Source of the DNA: Alishewanella longhuensis | Lineage (GTDB): Bacteria; Pseudomonadota; Gammaproteobacteria; Enterobacterales; Alteromonadaceae | Assembly: GCF_014653435.1 (NCBI RefSeq) | Contig: NZ_BNAO01000001.1 | Coordinates: 507,739-531,738, forward strand | DNA length: 24,000 nucleotides | Direction: 5' to 3' | In this document: positions 22,865 to 24,000 of the stretch, in pieces | Numbering within the stretch: the first letter of the stretch is position 1 | Layout of the letters: each line of letters starts with the position of its first letter | Position numbers and translations under genes: made by a program | Notes under the pieces: generated by a model | What the model saw: only the letters and a program-made list of their open reading frames with translations | The model's database searches: none | What the model was told of the DNA's origin: nothing

Positions 22865-23221
22865 ATGCCGGAAGTACTTTTTGTCGATGATGAGCCTTTT
22901 GTGTTGGATGCTTATCGGCGTATGCTAAGAAACAGTATTTTCCGATGTCATACGTTGGCAAAAAGTCAGGATGTGTTGGCGTATTTGCAGCAGCACAATA
23001 TTGATATTGTGGTAGCTGATCAACAAATGCCACACCTTTCCGGCATTGCTCTGCTTGAAACGCTGCAAGATAAGTATCCAAATATTAAGCGAGTATTGAT
23101 AAGCGGTAATCTTAACTTAGTTCAGCAAGCTCCTGGCACCTTGCTCGATACTGTATTAGAAAAGCCTTGTAGCCAAGCTACATTGATTGCCAATCTGGAG
23201 TTATTGGTCAACACTGCATGA
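22865..23221 (+). CDS. Stand-alone CheY-like receiver protein
   Basis: AAGGAG SD spans the Hpt stop codon. Motifs are VLFVDDEP, DIVVADQQMPHLSGIALLE, RVLISG and LEKP. The protein is 118 aa with no output domain. Confidence 0.85.
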   Translation: MPEVLFVDDEPFVLDAYRRMLRNSIFRCHTLAKSQDVLAYLQQHNIDIVVADQQMPHLSGIALLETLQDKYPNIKRVLISGNLNLVQQAPGTLLDTVLEKPCSQATLIANLELLVNTA

Positions 23222-24000
23222 GTGTCACTATGTTTAGTAAAGTACCAGGTAATTTTCGCTTAATGATTGGCTTTAGTTTATTTTATAGCAGCTTAGCTTT
23301 GTTGCTATTTGGTACTCTGTTGGTCATTTTTAACCAGTTGTTGTTTCGTGACCCAGGCCATTTACGGGTAATATTTCCTATTTCTGGTATTTTGTTATTT
23401 ACCGCTGCGGTGTTTACGCTTATTGCCGCATTGAACAAGCGTGGCAGCTGGTTGTGGTGTTCTCTGGCAGTTTTATCGTTAACTCTATTCTTTTATTCGC
23501 CATTTATTACATGGTTTCTTCCAAACGCTAACATTGAATTCTTACCAGGCTTGCAGCTCTTTTGCTGGTGTTTGTTTATTGTGGGTCAGTTAACTGGCTT
23601 TAAAGTACGTAAACTTGGCATCCAACGTATAAGACGTATGCGAAGTATCAGTAATCTTTGTTTTGGGTTGCTGCTGGTGCTGGTTGTTTTTGTCATCTTG
23701 GAAGATACTGGAACCCTTTATGGCTATAAGTTAGGTGGGGCACCTTCCGTAGCGCTTAACACTGCAATTTTCCTTCTTTTCTGCGCTTTAGCGGGTTTAA
23801 CCGCACCCTTTGCCTCTACTTTTCGCTTAGCTGAGCACAAAAGCAGCCCTGGCAGCTGGCTGGCCTTGTTCCTTAGTATTGCAACCATGATGCTTTGGCT
23901 TAATTTTATGCATCAATTATCGATTACGAATAAAAAGGTTGTGGCGGAGACGACGGAAAAGTTTCAGCAACAACTTGATCAGATCATTAATGAGCAGCGG
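23218..24000 (+). CDS. Partial (3'-truncated by window) polytopic membrane sensor protein, probably a histidine kinase N-terminus
   Basis: This ORF is absent from the supplied track because it has no stop in the window. I translated it by hand: ATG 23218 overlaps the REC stop (ATGA). The translation is MSVTMFSKVPGNFRLMIGFSLFYSSLALLLFGTLLVIF... It has about 6-7 hydrophobic helices, then a coiled-coil-like stretch (TNKKVVAETTEKFQQQLDQIINEQR) running in frame to nt 24000. Confidence 0.65.
   Translation, partial: MSVTMFSKVPGNFRLMIGFSLFYSSLALLLFGTLLVIFNQLLFRDPGHLRVIFPISGILLFTAAVFTLIAALNKRGSWLWCSLAVLSLTLFFYSPFITWFLPNANIEFLPGLQLFCWCLFIVGQLTGFKVRKLGIQRIRRMRSISNLCFGLLLVLVVFVILEDTGTLYGYKLGGAPSVALNTAIFLLFCALAGLTAPFASTFRLAEHKSSPGSWLALFLSIATMMLWLNFMHQLSITNKKVVAETTEKFQQQLDQIINEQR

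Noticed and set aside
22731-23081. 116-aa minus-strand ORF across the Hpt and REC genes
   Set aside because: It is antisense to two motif-supported genes.
1-24000. Looked for CRISPR repeats, IS or transposase/integrase genes, tRNA/rRNA genes, phage or defence-system genes, and long direct or inverted repeats marking an island boundary
   Set aside because: None was detected by eye. The region reads as core-like chromosome with accessory signalling genes. I could not compute a compositional (GC or codon) island analysis here, so that remains untested.

Overview
This window looks like chromosomal DNA from a gammaproteobacterium. That is a guess from the protein families, the Q-rich proteins and roughly mid-40s to 50% GC judged by eye. 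It holds about 28 real genes. I saw no rRNA, tRNA, CRISPR array, transposase or integrase.

The main result is a four-gene, translationally coupled RiPP-type cluster at 3218-5758. It encodes a Sec-exported Cys-rich DUF2282 precursor, a DUF692/MNIO oxidase, a DUF2063 partner and a DoxX membrane protein. This is the bufferin/gig-type architecture. It is divergently flanked by a periplasmic thioredoxin-CcdA reductant-shuttle operon (1873-3005), and the shared intergenic region carries a repeated GGTGTTT motif.

The second region of interest is a seven-gene plus-strand block at 6779-11901, divergent from an AraC-family regulator. Four consecutive gene junctions in it overlap. Its genes are: an unknown 149-aa protein, a stand-alone HD-GYP phosphodiesterase with a C-terminal Cys4 ribbon, an NrtS-like mini membrane protein, a DinB-family protein, an apparently unusual NRDE(TANGO2-like)::PlsC-type acyltransferase fusion, an OlsB-like N-acyltransferase, and an AhpD-like CxxC protein. 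I read this as a candidate uncharacterised aminolipid or redox module.

The rest of the window is dense in signalling genes:
- an HDOD protein
- an Aer-like PAS-MCP placed 2 nt before a PAS-GGDEF-EAL protein, with a convergent membrane GGDEF cyclase
- a REC(unknown output)-Hpt-REC-membrane sensor phosphorelay that runs off the 3' end

Housekeeping genes are rnk and hemN. hemN sits behind a well-positioned FNR-type class II promoter.

All calls come from reading the supplied translations and the sequence. No database search was run.
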